Shown: piece by piece, positions 13,665 through 26,139 of the stretch
Numbering within the stretch: position 1 is the stretch's first letter
Layout: the number at the start of each line of letters is the position of its first letter
NCBI RefSeq assembly: GCF_028641065.1
Contig: NC_073390.1
Span: forward strand, 12,462,001 to 12,526,000
From: Leucoraja erinacea
Taxonomy: Eukaryota
DNA: 64,000 bases
Reading direction: 5' to 3'
Translations under genes and position numbers: made by a program
Notes under the pieces: generated by a model
Told to the model about the DNA's origin: nothing
Database searches by the model: none
Seen by the model: the letters and a program-made list of their open reading frames with translations, nothing else

Positions 13665-14196
13665 AGCTGAATAGCATGGCATGTTGGCCATCATTACGAG
13701 AGGATTTGAGTCTAGGAGCAAGGAGGTCCTATTGCAGTTGTACTTGGTGGGACTGCAGCGTAGGTTAATTCCTAGAATGGCGAGACTGACATATGATAGA
13801 ATGGATCGACTGGGCTTGTATTCACTGGAGTTTAGAAGGATGAGAGGCAATCTTATAGAAACATAAAATTCTTAAAGGATTGGGAAGGCTAGATGCAGGA
13901 AAAACGTTCCTGATGTTGGGGAGTCCAGAACCAGGGGCCATTTAGGACTGAGATGAGGAAAATCTTCTTCACCCAGAGAGTTATGAGTCTGTGGAATTCT
14001 CCGCCACAGAAGGCAGTGGAATGCAATTCACTAGATGTTTTCAAGAGTTAGATTTAGTTCTTAGGGCTAAAGGAATTAAGGGATATGGGGAAAAAGCAGG
14101 AAAGAGGTACTGATTTTAGAAGATCAGCCATGATCATATTGAATGGCAGTGCTGGCTCGAAGGGCCGAATGGCCTACTGCTGCACCTATGTTTCTA
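13665..14196 (+). mobile_element. CR1 3' fragment with internal deletions
   Basis: RGFESRSKEVLLQLY, LGLYSLEFRRMRG; CR1 tail. Confidence 0.85.
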
Positions 14197-14529
14197 AGTA
14201 ATTGAAGCACAAAATGATGAAGGTTGTGCAGGCAGTTGTTCGATGGACCACTTGCATTGAAGGGCCTTAAAACGCTATGACATTGGCCTCTTATTTACCA
14301 CTTCAAGATATCAGTGCTGAACGGGCAAGAATATTTTTTTTATTTTATGGGGACAATTTCATGAATTAAATGACAGGAATAGAGAAGATTAGGGTAATAA
14401 TGTGTGATTGAATCCCAATGAGGAGTAAAAATCACAATCTGTGGAAACATCGTTATGAGGAATTACTGCATGGTGAGTTAATTTTTATGCAGTGTGTTCG
14501 CTGGCTTGATTCTCTGGTCGATTTCTTGC

Positions 14530-14870
14530 CTGGGAGTCAGTTTGTTGTTGGCTCAAACCCCATTCACGACAATCGGCTGCATTAAATGTAGGCTGGTTCT
14601 TCAGTGCAGTACTGAAGGAAGTGTTGCCATGTCAGATGTTAAAGTGATGGGTTAGCTCTCCCTTCAGATAGGCATAAGAGGTCCCATGGCACCATTTCAA
14701 CGAAGAGCAGGAGAGATTTCCCCTGTGTTACAGCCAACATTTATCCCTCAACACTAAGCTTATTATCAGTTTGTGTTGTTGAAGAATTATTTGATTGCTC
14801 TATGGGGGAGCTTGCTCTGTAACTTCCCTTATCTTATAGCAGAAACTCATTTTCAAAAGAACAAATAAAA
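14530..14870 (+). mobile_element. Deu-domain SINE (SacSINE1/AmnSINE1-like) relic
   Basis: cccatggcaccatttcaacgaagagcaggagagatttcccctgtgttacagccaacatttatccctcaac matches the Deu central domain as I recall it. Confidence 0.65.
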
Positions 14871-15043
14871 ACTCCAGAGTTGTGCTGGTGATTAGGACAA
14901 GTTCATGCGATCCATATAGACAATAGACAATAGACAATCAGTGCAGGAGTAGGCCATTCGGCCCTTTCAGTTCAAGCCAGAACCGCCATTCAATGTGATC
15001 GTGGCTGATTATGTGCGCTGCTATGAACCAGTTTGGCTAAATC

Positions 15044-15044
15044 T

Positions 15045-15112
<68 letters not shown>
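15044..15112. repeat. (TCTA)n microsatellite
   Basis: About 17 perfect units. Confidence 0.95.
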
Positions 15113-15113
<1 letters not shown>

Positions 15114-15680
15114 AACTGAAACTCTGATCTTGTGCGCTTTCGGTTTTTCTATTTGTGCAAAAATGGTACGTGATAGCGCTACGATTTTCCGCCAGCTCGC
15201 AGTTCTCCTGTGCTGCGAGTGTAACAAGTGTCATTCCAATCGGTGGTATATTTTAAAAGTTAGCGAGGTTTAAAAATCTTTAAAAACGCGTGTGCGTAGA
15301 TCGATCTCCTTTCCTGCCAGTCAGCGCCGCACGGATTGGTTTCTTCTCCTGTCACTCCGCAGGACGATCCACCCATTCCTGCACCATCGCGTCTTTACTG
15401 GAGCTGAGCAACGCTGTGGGTGGCCGGCGGAAGTCTCCAACCGGACACAATTTTCAGATGTCACCAAACGGAAAGCAGAAAATCTGACCCCGGCGGAGGA
15501 GAGCGTCCAGCGCCCGCTGTGAGTCCCAAACGCACCGTCATCACAACGCCCCGCAGCTCCTGCCCCTTTCCCTCTGGTCCCCCTCGTTGGCTCCTGCCCC
15601 CCTCCCCGTGATACCCCCCATGGCTCTTCCACCATCTTTTCTCTGAGCTCTCCCCCCACGCCTCCCCCCTCCCCCCTCCC
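15100..15680 (+). mobile_element. Helitron-like non-autonomous element, 5' part
   Basis: tctat...aactctgatcttg start resembles the 5' end of the 50278-51749 element; CpG-rich; no 3' CTAG end found. Confidence 0.45.
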
Positions 15681-17084
15681 AAGTGAATGATTCTTACCTA
15701 ATCGAGCTGCCAGTAGGAACTCATTAGTACGTGATTCCATCTGCTCCAGTTTCAGGAGGATGCAATGCCTTAAAATGTTATGAATCATATATTCTTCAAC
15801 TTCAGCATTTTAGCTGGACTGTGTGACATGCACACTTTGTAAGAACTGCAAAATAACCTAATTAAGCTTAAATCTCCAATAGCCAAAGGGAGCATAGGTG
15901 TGTATATATTTGGGGCCCATAATTCTCATTAGACATCCAAACAGAGCTTTTAGGAGATTAAATCATCATTCTGAAACTGGAAAAATGTAAGAGATGATAA
16001 ATGAAAATGATAGCTTGGCACAGTTATAAGATTCTCATCTGTCAGAGTAACAATTCAATAGATAGTTTATTGGCATCTATAAAGATGAACCTTAGCAGAA
16101 GTTCAGCTACCTTTAATTTCCCTTCCACACTTTCTCTGCACTATAACTTGATTCTTCTCCAGCTATTTCCAATTCCCATGAGAGGTCTTTGCTCAGGTAA
16201 TGCATGCAGATAATGTATACAGCACTAGAAATAAAGTAGATCCTAATTGGAAAAGACTAGTGTCTTCCAAAACATTCACTCGCATACATCGCTGATCCTC
16301 CATCCAGTTTCTTCCCTGAAGGCATCCAGCTTTATCTCCAGCTGCTATCTCCTTCTAAATATAACCATCTCCATTTCTGAGACCACCCAACACAATCTGA
16401 TATCCTCGAATCCTGGTCTTTGGTATCAAATAATCACTGCCAATACCTTCCCATTCCCACCATTGTTCCCAACTATTTTCCCCAAGGTCATCTATGCTTC
16501 ATCTGCCGTCACTCCACATCTCAGACTTCTGCTCGAGTGCTGACATTATTTACGGCTGGCAGATTTTCTAGTTGTATTATAGAAAAACATTTACCAGGGA
16601 TGGAGCCCTTCACTGATACACAAAGCATCTTTGGATTGTCTTGCTATTAAGATGTGGACTATTGGCTTTGTTCTGTAAGGTTTACTGTATATGTTGTAGC
16701 CAGTAGCAGTATTAATGATAGCAGTCATAATATTGTAACAATGAGCTTCTGTTTGATGTTAAACAGATTTAAATCTGTATCAGCCCATAGATTCAATTTG
16801 CCCATTTAGCTTCTATTTTTGGCTTAAATACTTGTGATTCAACGAATGAACTGGTTCAATTCAACAGTTACAAATGGAAAGCAGTTGTTTGAAATTAACA
16901 CATTCACAGATAGCTTGACAATGACTCGGAATGAGTGCCAGCATGATTATTACTGCAATATGGCACAACGTGAAGTTCAAGGGAAAGATGGAAAACTGTT
17001 GAAAATCAATTACCATTGATAAATATATCAACTCGACTTAGTGTGTATGAGAAGCACAAGTAAATCTACTTGTAAAGCCATAGC

Positions 17085-17655
17085 ATTGTACAGCACGGAA
17101 ACAGGCCCTTCAGCCCATCTTGCCCATGCCAACTAAGTTGGAATCCTGGGCTTGTCGCAGTGGCCTTCATTTGGCCCATAGGTCTCTATACCTTTCCACT
17201 CCATATACTTGTCCAAATGTCATTTAAAAGTTGTAATTGTATCCACTTCTAAAGCTCACCCTGGCAGTTCACTCTAGATATGGACGACCCTCTGAGTGAA
17301 CAGGCTGCCCCTGAAGTCTTTCGTAAATAACTCTCCTCTCATCTTAAATCTACGCCCTTGATGCTTGATGCGTGTTGCATTTGCTACTCTGTGAAGAAGG
17401 CTAGGTGTTCATTTTATCCATTACCCTCATGATTTTGTACACCTCTATAAGGTATGTACAACCTCTATCGTGGACACCTCTATAAGGTGCCTCAGCCGCC
17501 TAGGCATTAAAGAGAAATATCCCAGCCCATCTAATCTCTTACTGTAACTCAAGCCACTGGTCCAGATAATATTCTGGTGATTCTCTGCTCTACCCTTTCC
17601 AATTTAATGACGTTCTTCCCATAGCTGGATGACCAGAAATGTACAAAATTCTCCA
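17085..17655 (-). mobile_element. Old CR1 3' fragment
   Basis: gaaacaggcccttcagccc tail and ccctcatgattttgtacacctctataag. Confidence 0.75.
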
Positions 17656-17709
17656 TGTATGGCCAGGAGATGTCTATGTTAATGTTGTGTTGCCACTGTA
17701 ATCACTGTA

Positions 17710-17918
17710 AGCAACTAGAGAGCAGTCCTGAACTACTATCTACCTCATTGCAGATCCTCGGACTATCTTTGATCGGACTTCCCCTTACACTAAACGTTAT
17801 TCATGCTTTTCCCTTTATCATGTATCTGTACACTGTGGATGTACTGCCTTTCTGCTGACTGGCTAGCACACAACAAAAGCTTTTCACTGTACCTCAATAC
17901 AGGTGACAATAAACTTAC
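17710..17918 (+). mobile_element. Rex/L2-type 3' tail fragment
   Basis: ttttcactgtacctc...gtgacaataaact terminus. Confidence 0.6.
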
Positions 17919-18034
17919 TTACGGATGGTCAGTGTGGTGGGTGACCATGAGCAGCATTGGCCAGCTGGTCCTTGATGCTGAATTCGCCATCTTGGCGCAG
18001 TGCTGACGGGCACCCTCGATGGTGATGGTGTTGT

Positions 18035-18358
18035 AAGGCCTGGATAAAGTGAATGTAGAGAGGACTTTCCACTAGTGGGAGAGTCTAGGATCAGAGGCCA
18101 TAGCCTCAGAATAAAAGGACGTATCTTTAGAAAGGAGATGAGGAGGAATTAATTTATTCCGAGGGTGGTGAATCTGTGGAATTCATAGCCACAGACAGTT
18201 GTGGAGGCCAAGTCAAAGTCAATGGATATTTTTAAGGCAGAGACAGACAGATGCTTGATTAGTAAGGGTGTCAGGACTTATGGGGAGAAGGCAGGAGAAT
18301 GGGGTTGAGAGGGAAAGATAGATCAGTCATGATTGAATGGTGGAGTAGACTTGATGAA
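18035..18358 (+). mobile_element. CR1 3' fragment
   Basis: gagggtggtgaatctgtggaattc and CR1 3'UTR. Confidence 0.85.
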
Positions 18359-18903
18359 CATTGAACTATCTGGGAGGTCTCTCAATCATATCATTAACAA
18401 TTAACCTTCTTCTGAAGATAGATGTCCCATCCATGTTCACATCCTCACATGCCTGCGGGCAGCCCTCTGGGCAATCCTTGCCTCCTGCCCTGGTTGCAGC
18501 ATTCACCAGAGTCTCACCACTTCCAGCATCTCCCTCTCATCTCTATGATCTACATAGTGACTGGCTGGCAGGGTGAACAACCAATATGTATTGTTCCAAT
18601 GCAGAGGGGAGAATGGTCCTCAGTGTGGATTGATACCTCTGTAACTTTCTTCTTGTTTTTCCCACAGTGCCCAATAGTTTGCATCATGTGGGTGGCTGGA
18701 ACAATAGATTATTCCATGGTCATGCTTGAGCAAGAAGAGTGGGATGAAAAACAGGTGTACGTTTGCACAATAGACACCATCTATGTAGGAAGACATAGTA
18801 GGATGAGGAAGGAGTAGGATGTGAATGAGAATTGTTCAGAAAATAGATGATCTCACAACCATTTATAGGCACAGGCAGCTACAGAAGCATCCTGTATTAC
18901 AGC

Positions 18904-19312
18904 CAAAGATCCTATAGCAAGCAAGATAGATCACTCCATCTAAATGCAATGGGCTGACGTGTAGCACGCAACGGAGCGGAACGTGGGCCTTTTTTTCATC
19001 TATTTCAGTAACCCAACCTGACCCGACCCGACTCGCAGTGTAATCAACGTTGCGGGGGAACAGTTTGTGTTAATAAATTATAATTCTGAAAATGAGGAGA
19101 AGATTTTTGCCAAAGAACTTTTATTTTTACGAGGATGTTTCCGTAACCGGCTTCCATCTCCGCACTAGTTATCTTTGCTCCGCTTTGGGATCTTTGGTGT
19201 GGAGACAGGCGTCGGTTACGGAAATGGGGCCGAAAATTACCGATGAATCTGCCCATGACCGTACTATGTCTTTTTTGTCGAGTGATCTATCTTGCTCACT
19301 ATAGGATCTTTG
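18904..19312. mobile_element. MITE with ~32-bp TIRs, CA...TG ends and imperfect 8-bp TSD (P-element-like)
   Basis: CAAAGATCCTATAGCAAGCAAGATAGATCACTC / GAGTGATCTATCTTGCTCACTATAGGATCTTTG; flanks attacagc / gttacaac (6/8). Confidence 0.8.
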
Positions 19313-19494
19313 GTTACAACGGGCATGCATGCTTCTGTACAGGGTTTACTCAAAGTGTCAAAACCCTATCATTGCAACAGGTTTTAGATCTTTGGGATAT
19401 GCAAATACAGTATGTTATGCCTTGTTGATGTTCTCTGGGGTGCTACTGTGGACAAAATATTCATAGATAAAGATGTTTGTTACCCAGGTCTCTT

Positions 19495-19790
19495 TAGGCT
19501 TCACTTAGATTTAAGGCTTACAGACCCTTCGTCCCAGGGAGTCCGTGCCGACCAGCGATCACCCATACGCTAGCACTATCCTACACACTCGGGACAATTT
19601 ACAATTTCCAGGAGTCAATCAACCTATGAACCTGCACGACTTTGGAGTGTGGGAGGAAGCCGGAGCACTCGGAGAAAACCCACGCAGTCACAGGGGGAAC
19701 GTACAAACTCCATACAGACAGCACCCGTGATCAGGATTGAACCTGGGTCACTGGTGCTGTACAACAGCAGCTCCACCATTGCTACACCGT
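19495..19790 (-). mobile_element. V-SINE
   Basis: ttggagtgtgggaggaagccggagcac...caggattgaacctggg. Confidence 0.85.
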
Positions 19791-19862
19791 CTCTCTATAA
19801 TCCCTTTACCATATTTTTCTATCCTGTAGCCACTAATCTTCCATTTGAAAAGGTGGAAGATG

Positions 19863-20533
19863 TGTCACAGTCTCCTCATTCTCATCCACTTCACCTCCCG
19901 GTACTTTTCCACCGGTTCCTCCTTCTCCTCACCTGCCTGCCTGCCACTCCCCTCTCATCAGCCCAACTCTCCTCACCTGTTGCACTCAGTTGCCTCTGAT
20001 CACCTATTAACCCGGTATATAGACTCTCCTCACCGTTCACACAGTGCCAGATTGTTCTCAGCATTCATGCAAGACTCTCCAGCGATTTCCCGACTGCCTA
20101 CACAGATTCGAACCTGCCTGCCCCTGACCATTCCGTCCTGTCGTCTTCCCAGATATCACCTCAGCCTTCTGTCCCCGACCACGGCCTTCGTCCCGTACCT
20201 CCTGGTTTCTGTCTGCCTCTCTCCTGGGCCGTTTGGTGTATCCCTGCAACGGCTCCTCGACTTCCTGCTTGGCTTCGACTCTCCTTTCGTCTGTCCCTTG
20301 CTGGTTTGTTTGCATCGTGTGTTGGATCTTCTGGTTACCGGACTTTCCGCTACCCCGACTACGTCTCCTGCCTGCCCCTCTTCGGAACCCTCACTCAATC
20401 CTGAGCCTCTGTGTGAGTACGGGGTACCCATTCCTGTGTTACTACTCTGTGTTACAGTATAGTAATAAAGTTCATTACCAATTATACCTGCCTGATTCTG
20501 TGCTGCTATTGGGTCCAAGCTATACACGTTACA
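19863..20533 (+). mobile_element. Solo LTR (Gypsy/BEL-type), 671 bp
   Basis: TGTCAC...GTTACA termini, perfect 5-bp TSD AGATG (19858-19862, 20534-20538), TATA-like ggtatataga ~20014, AATAAA ~20464, ATTGGGTCC near the 3' end. Confidence 0.85.
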
Positions 20534-21059
20534 AGATGACTGCAAAGTGAGAATGTTATTCACTCATCATAACACATGGAAGTGTCATTTGGGAAACTGG
20601 TGTGTTTCCCACCCACACTGAGGACCACTCTCACCTCAGCATTGAAACAACTAAATGCAGGTCTGTTGATCGCTTCCTGTCTGCTGATGATCCTGGCTTT
20701 CCCCTTGCACGCCATTTTAACTCGCATCTTCACACCCACTCTGACCTTCTCTCCATTGCAATACGATCCAATGCAAACTCCCACCCAGGCATTCTAGATT
20801 TAACAATAAATTCACCAATATTAGATAATTTACTCCTTCATTCCACTGGTATCAGCATTGACCATTGCTGCCTGTGATTTTGGTTTTGTTTTTCTATTTC
20901 TCTTCATGTGATTTGCATTGCCATTGTTTCACAGTCGTGCTATTAGTAACATGCAAGATATGATTCTCACTGCTGCACTAATCCATTTGATTTCATTCTT
21001 TCATCTTTGTTCCACATATTTTCTTTGCTCCACCCATATCTCCCTCGCCTTCTTTGCTA

Positions 21060-22050
21060 ATGAGGCCTCCTCCATTGTCAGAGTGAGGCTAACTGCAAAC
21101 TGGAGGAACAGCATCTCATATTTCGCTCGGGCAGCTTACAACCGAGGGGTATGTATATTGATTTCTCTAACTTCAAGTAACCCCTGCATTCCCATCTCTC
21201 TCCATCCCTCCCCCACCCAAGTCACACCAGCTGTCGTTCTCACCTAGCTACAGCTAACAATGGAATGTTTCCATTATAATTGTTACTTTTTGCATATCTT
21301 TAATTCATTAGTTCTACATCTCTCGACATCAGGGGTTGGCAACCTACGGCCCCCGGGCCGAATACGGCCCGTAACCTGAAATCATCCGGCCCTCGGGCGT
21401 ATTTTGTTTTCTGTAGTCACCGGCCCGCAGACTTCCTTCATCTCCGGTACCACCCGGGCCTGAGGCGCCCAGGCGCGGTGACGCAAGGAGGCCTGAACTG
21501 GCTGCCGCAATTGAGGAGCCGCTGAGCGCCCGAGCGGGGCCGAGCTCTGGCTGTACCGCATCCTGCGCAAAGCCGCCAGCACGGCCGCGCACCTCTGTGT
21601 CTGGGATTCACTGTTGGGATCGGGGTCGGGGTTGTCAATAGGCCGGGGATGTGTGAGTGTGAGTATTTGAGCCAACGGCTTCAGGACAGAGCCAAAGCAA
21701 TGGACCGTAGGTACGCTGTGTTCGTGAGCGCCCATAACTAGGGGCCAGCGCTCTGGGTGGTGTCCTCGAAGGGGCAGGATCCATGTGAACACGTGATTTG
21801 ACGCCTGCCATCCGTGGTGGGATGGGGGTGGGATTTATGTGAACACGTGGTAGATGTGGCCCGCCATCCGCTCACAGACATGTGTCCGGGCCCCTATGCA
21901 GAACAAGGTTGCCCACCCCTGGTCTACATCATTATCATCTATATCTCTTGTTTCCCGATCCCGTGACTTTCAGCCTGAAGAAGGGTCTCGACCCGAAATG
22001 TCACCCATTCCTTCTCTCCACAGATGCCGCCTGTCCCTGTGAGTTACTCA
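21060..22050 (+). mobile_element. Penelope-like 3' fragment (GIY-YIG C-terminus, tail, hammerhead motif) interrupted by a hAT MITE
   Basis: GLLHCQSEANCKLEEQHLIFR.GSLQPRG; CTGAAGAAGGGTCTCGACCCGAAATGTC at 21975-22002. Confidence 0.8.
21330..21921. mobile_element. hAT (Charlie-like) MITE, 592 bp
   Basis: TIRs CAGGGGTTGGCAACCT / AGGTTGCCCACCCCTG; 8-bp flanks ctcgacat / gtctacat; subterminal cggccc motifs. Confidence 0.85.
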
Positions 22051-22061
22051 AAAATGTCGAG

Positions 22062-22243
22062 TCAACCTAAAATCCTGTACGTCTTTGGAGTAAGGGAGGA
22101 AACCGAAGATCTCGGAGAAAACTCGTGCGAAGTCATGGGGAGAACGTACAAACTCTGTACAGACAAGCACCCGTAGTCAGGTTTGAACTTGGGTCTCTGG
22201 CGCTGAAAGACAGCAACTCTCCCATTATGCCACTGTGCCACAC
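22062..22243 (-). mobile_element. V-SINE fragment
   Basis: ctgtacgtctttggag...cccgtagtcagg. Confidence 0.8.
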
Positions 22244-22649
22244 CACATTTTGATGACCTCTGGTCCTAAAGCAGCCATCTTTAAACCATAGTATCTGACC
22301 CTAGTCAGACACTGAAGAAATGTTCATTGTAGGTAATTTTCCATCTGAGGTAAATTTTCATTGGTGATACCATGCTTTTTGGCAGCGCAATGCAATGACT
22401 GGCAATGAGATGAATGCCTCTGTAATCTGTTGAAATCATTCACGTTACAGGTAAATCTTCTCTCAATATTTGTTGCATCTCAGATTGAACACTTGAGCTC
22501 AGTGCAGCTCGATAACAGATTGGTGTTTGCTAAGATCTAACCAATAAATATCAATAACTGCAGCAAAGCTGCCAATCCAATGTCAAAAATATGATATCAT
22601 TGTAACTGCTTCCAGAAACCAAATAAAAACACTATGAGACAAAGCAGTA

Positions 22650-22960
22650 AGTCAGTTAGTCAGGCAGCATCTCTTGAAGGAATGGATGGGTGACGTTTCT
22701 GGTTGGGACCGTTCTTCAGATTGATTGTGGTAGGGGGGGAGAAAACTGGAAAAGAGGAGTGGGGTTTGATCAAGCACTGGCAAGTGATAGGTGGATACAG
22801 TTGGGGAGGTCGTTTGATTAGCAGATGGCAAAAAAGGAGTAAGTGACAAAGGTTGAAGATGAAGAGGAGACAAAAGGGAGTCAGATATGGAGAGAAGAGG
22901 AGTGAAATGTTACGCCAGAGGCAGGGATATGGTGGGGGGGATGGGGGGAGATGTGCAGAA
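22650..22960 (-). repeat. Penelope tail with hammerhead-like motif
   Basis: Minus strand CTGAAGAACGGTCCCAACCAGAAACGTC at 22692-22719. Confidence 0.7.
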
Positions 22961-23039
22961 TAATGGCCTAAATGGGTGTGTACCATAAAATTGAGACATT
23001 GCTGTTGTATTCATATCAAGGAATTAATTGAGCATTGTC

Positions 23040-24455
23040 ACTCTCTCCCTCTCCCAGTGTATTATCCCCACCTGTTTTAAACGGTCCACCATAATCCCTG
23101 TCCCCAAAAAAACCCAACCCAGCTGTTTAAATGACTACCGCCCCATAGCCTTGACCTCCACAGTAATGAATTCTTTTGAGAAACTCATCAAAACTTTCAT
23201 TACCTCCTCCCTACCCACCACCCTGGATCCACTACAATTTGCATACCGCCCCCAATAGACCGACTGACAATGCCACAGCCCACCTACTCCACACTACTCT
23301 CACCCACCTGGGCACCGGGAAAGGGGCTTATGTTAGACTGCTGTTCATAGATTACAGCTCAGCGTCTACACACCATAGACCCCTCAAGGCTGGCCTCCAA
23401 ATTGTACAACCTCCACTTGTGCCCATCCCTGTGCAAGTGGATCCACAATTTCCTGACCGGCAGACCACAGGCGGTGCGTGTGGGCCATCACATGTCATCC
23501 TCCCTCACCCTCGACACTGGGGCCCCCCCAGGGCTGTGTGCTGAGCCCTCTGCTGTATTCTCTCTACACCCACGACTGCAAGGCCATCTCAGACTCTAAC
23601 ATCATAGTCAAGTTTGCCGATGACACAGCAGTGGTAGGCCTAATCTCAAACGATGATGAGGCAGCCTACCACTCTGAAATCATCCACCTGGCAAACTGGT
23701 GTAGGGAGAATAACCTGGAGCTGAACACCTCCAAGACCAAGGAGCTCATAGTGGACTTCTCCATGAAGCAGCAGAGGAGCTTCCTCCCCCTCAGCATAAA
23801 CGGGGCCCAGGTGGAGAGCTTCAGGTACCTCGGCATCCACATCTCCCAGGATCTGACATGGTCACACCACCTCAGCAGCCTGGTAAAGAAGGCCAACCAG
23901 CGTCTTTACCATCTCAGACGGCTGAGGGACTTCAAGTTCCCCCTCCCCCAGGGTGCTCAAGAACTTCTACACCCATACTGTGGAGAGCATCCTGAGTGGG
24001 AGCATCATCTCCTGGAGGGGGAACACCACCAAGAGGGACCAACTGGCTCTGAGGAGGGTGGTTCGCTCAGCTGAGTAGACCATCAAAACCACCCTTCCCA
24101 ACCTGCAGGACATCTACACCAAGCGCTGCAGGTCAAGAGCCAGGAGGATGATCCAGGACCACACTCACCCCAACAACAGACTGCTTTCCCTGCTGCCCTC
24201 GGGGAAACGGTACCGGCTGCTCAGGGCCAACACGGAGAGAATGAGGAGGAATTTCTTTCCCCAGGCCATGAGACTGCTGAACGAGGACTGAGTGTTGCCG
24301 CCCCCCCCCCCCCCCCCCCCCCCCAGCCCCCCCCAACCCAACCCCCCAAAGCCCTCCCCACCCCCCCCCCCCGCCCCGCTCGCCACCCACACACACCTGC
24401 ACCCCCACCACCACACCACACCCCCCCCCCCACCCACACACACCGCCTCACCACA

Positions 24456-24493
<38 letters not shown>

Positions 24494-24752
24494 GACTGAA
24501 CTGGATGGAACATGCTGTCATCACAGGTGTTCCACGGCACTTGTCACTTTGCTTGTAACAGCACTACCACTTGTTTTGCGGTATATTTATGGGGTATGTG
24601 TTATATGTGGGGTATGTGTTATATGTGGGTATTGTTTTATGTGGGTTATGTGTAAGTGGGGAACCATGCACAACTGGACAGGTTAAGCATTTCACTACTG
24701 GTTATACCTGTATAATTGAGTACGTGACCAATAAACTTAAACTTCAAACTCT
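23040..24752 (+). mobile_element. Rex1/Babar LINE, 5'-truncated and frameshifted; C-rich/(CA)n tract at 24300-24490
   Basis: [39 protein letters not shown]; aataaacttaaactt tail. Confidence 0.9.
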
Positions 24753-25943
24753 TTCGAGTCAGATGTCAAAACAAAGCCTCTATTTGTTCTGCTGAGTAAA
24801 ATAGGCTAGAAATTGACGTGTCCTCTTAAATATGAATTACAGGACCTTTGTAGATGCACCGATGACCACTTGGTTGTTGCGTCCAAGAGTTAATGCTGGC
24901 TTTATTTTGCATGTTTTGGTACATGAAGGAAAGATGGGGAGTGATAGCAGGCAGGACATCAAAGTCAATGAGAAGCCAAGGTTGAGATAGGGGAGTTTGT
25001 GGTTCGATAGGCATCAGTTGCCCAATTGTTGCCTGGAGATCTGCACTTTGTTGGGGAATGGATGGGGTTCTTGATCCGAGAATTGGGGATGGAAGGAGCT
25101 AGTGTTCGCAGTGAGATTGGTCCAAGAGAAAGTTGGTATTAAGGCAGAGTTGGGGCCCATTGAAGTTATGGGACATAAATGGGCACGGTCCCAGCCTGAA
25201 AGACCATTATCAAAACCCAATGTGATCAGCAACAGGCGCTTACAGCACCCTCCAATGTCCGGGACAACACACTTGAAGTGGTTAGTTGCACAGGATATAA
25301 TTATTTTGATTAGTGCAAGGGTGACTTACTCTTTGATGGACCCAATATCAGTCTGGGGTAAAAGGATAGGGAAATGGCCACAATTCCATTACACTCCGGG
25401 AAAGTTCTAATTTTCAATACAGAGCCTGAAAAGAAAGTGGCCAAATCTTTGGCCGAGGTTCCATTTCAACAGACGAAGGCAAAGTTGACTTCAATGTCCT
25501 GCCCTCATTCAGTAGACCATCCCGCCTCCCCTGCCAAAACATATGTGGTCATTAATGCCATGGAAAAAGAGCCAGGGCCAGAACAGGGCACAAATCGACT
25601 GTTATATTTCCCACTTTATGACAGTAAATCAACTTCAAAAGTAATCAGCCATAAAGTCTGTCCTGAGGTTGTGAAAGGCTCTATGTAATTGTTTATCTGT
25701 TTCTGTATTCCTTGTAATTGTCAAGAATTGTATTCCTTTTTGTAACAGCATTAAAATCACTATAATGCCCCATACAGTGGGCTGTTCAATAATGAATGAA
25801 AGCATCTGTTCACAATTTTAAGTGTTCGTTTAAACCCCTGCAGTGGAGTAGCGGAAAGTAGGGCAGCTGGTAAACATCGGAAATTTTCTTCAGTGAGGAA
25901 GCTATTTATGAAAGGATTAGGAGGCAGGATGACCATGCTACAA

Positions 25944-26139
25944 AATAGACGACAAAATGTTGGAGTAACTCAGCGGGTCAGGCAGCATCTCTGGAGAACA
26001 TGGATAGACAATGTTTCAGGTTGGGACCGTTCTTCCCAAGCCAAAACATCTCCTATCCATGTTCTCCAGAGATTCTGCCTGATCCGCTGAGTTACTCCAA
26101 CACTCTGTGTCTGTTTTTGGTAAACCAGCATCTGCAGTT
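25944..26139. mobile_element. Penelope-terminus-derived fold-back element with perfect 11-bp TSD
   Basis: Inverted arms ggagtaactcagcgg...ctggagaacatggatag / ctatccatgttctccagag...ccgctgagttactcc; CCATGCTACAA at 25933-25943 and 26140-26150. Confidence 0.85.

Noticed and set aside
19845-20462. 205-aa ORF
   Set aside because: Lies in the pyrimidine-rich solo LTR; low-complexity Leu/Pro/Ser product, non-ATG start.
24133-24558. Gly/Pro/His-rich ORFs
   Set aside because: Translations of a C-rich/(CA)n tract, possibly with sequencing errors.
24830-25700. Possible old LINE or processed pseudogene
   Set aside because: No motif I could identify with confidence.
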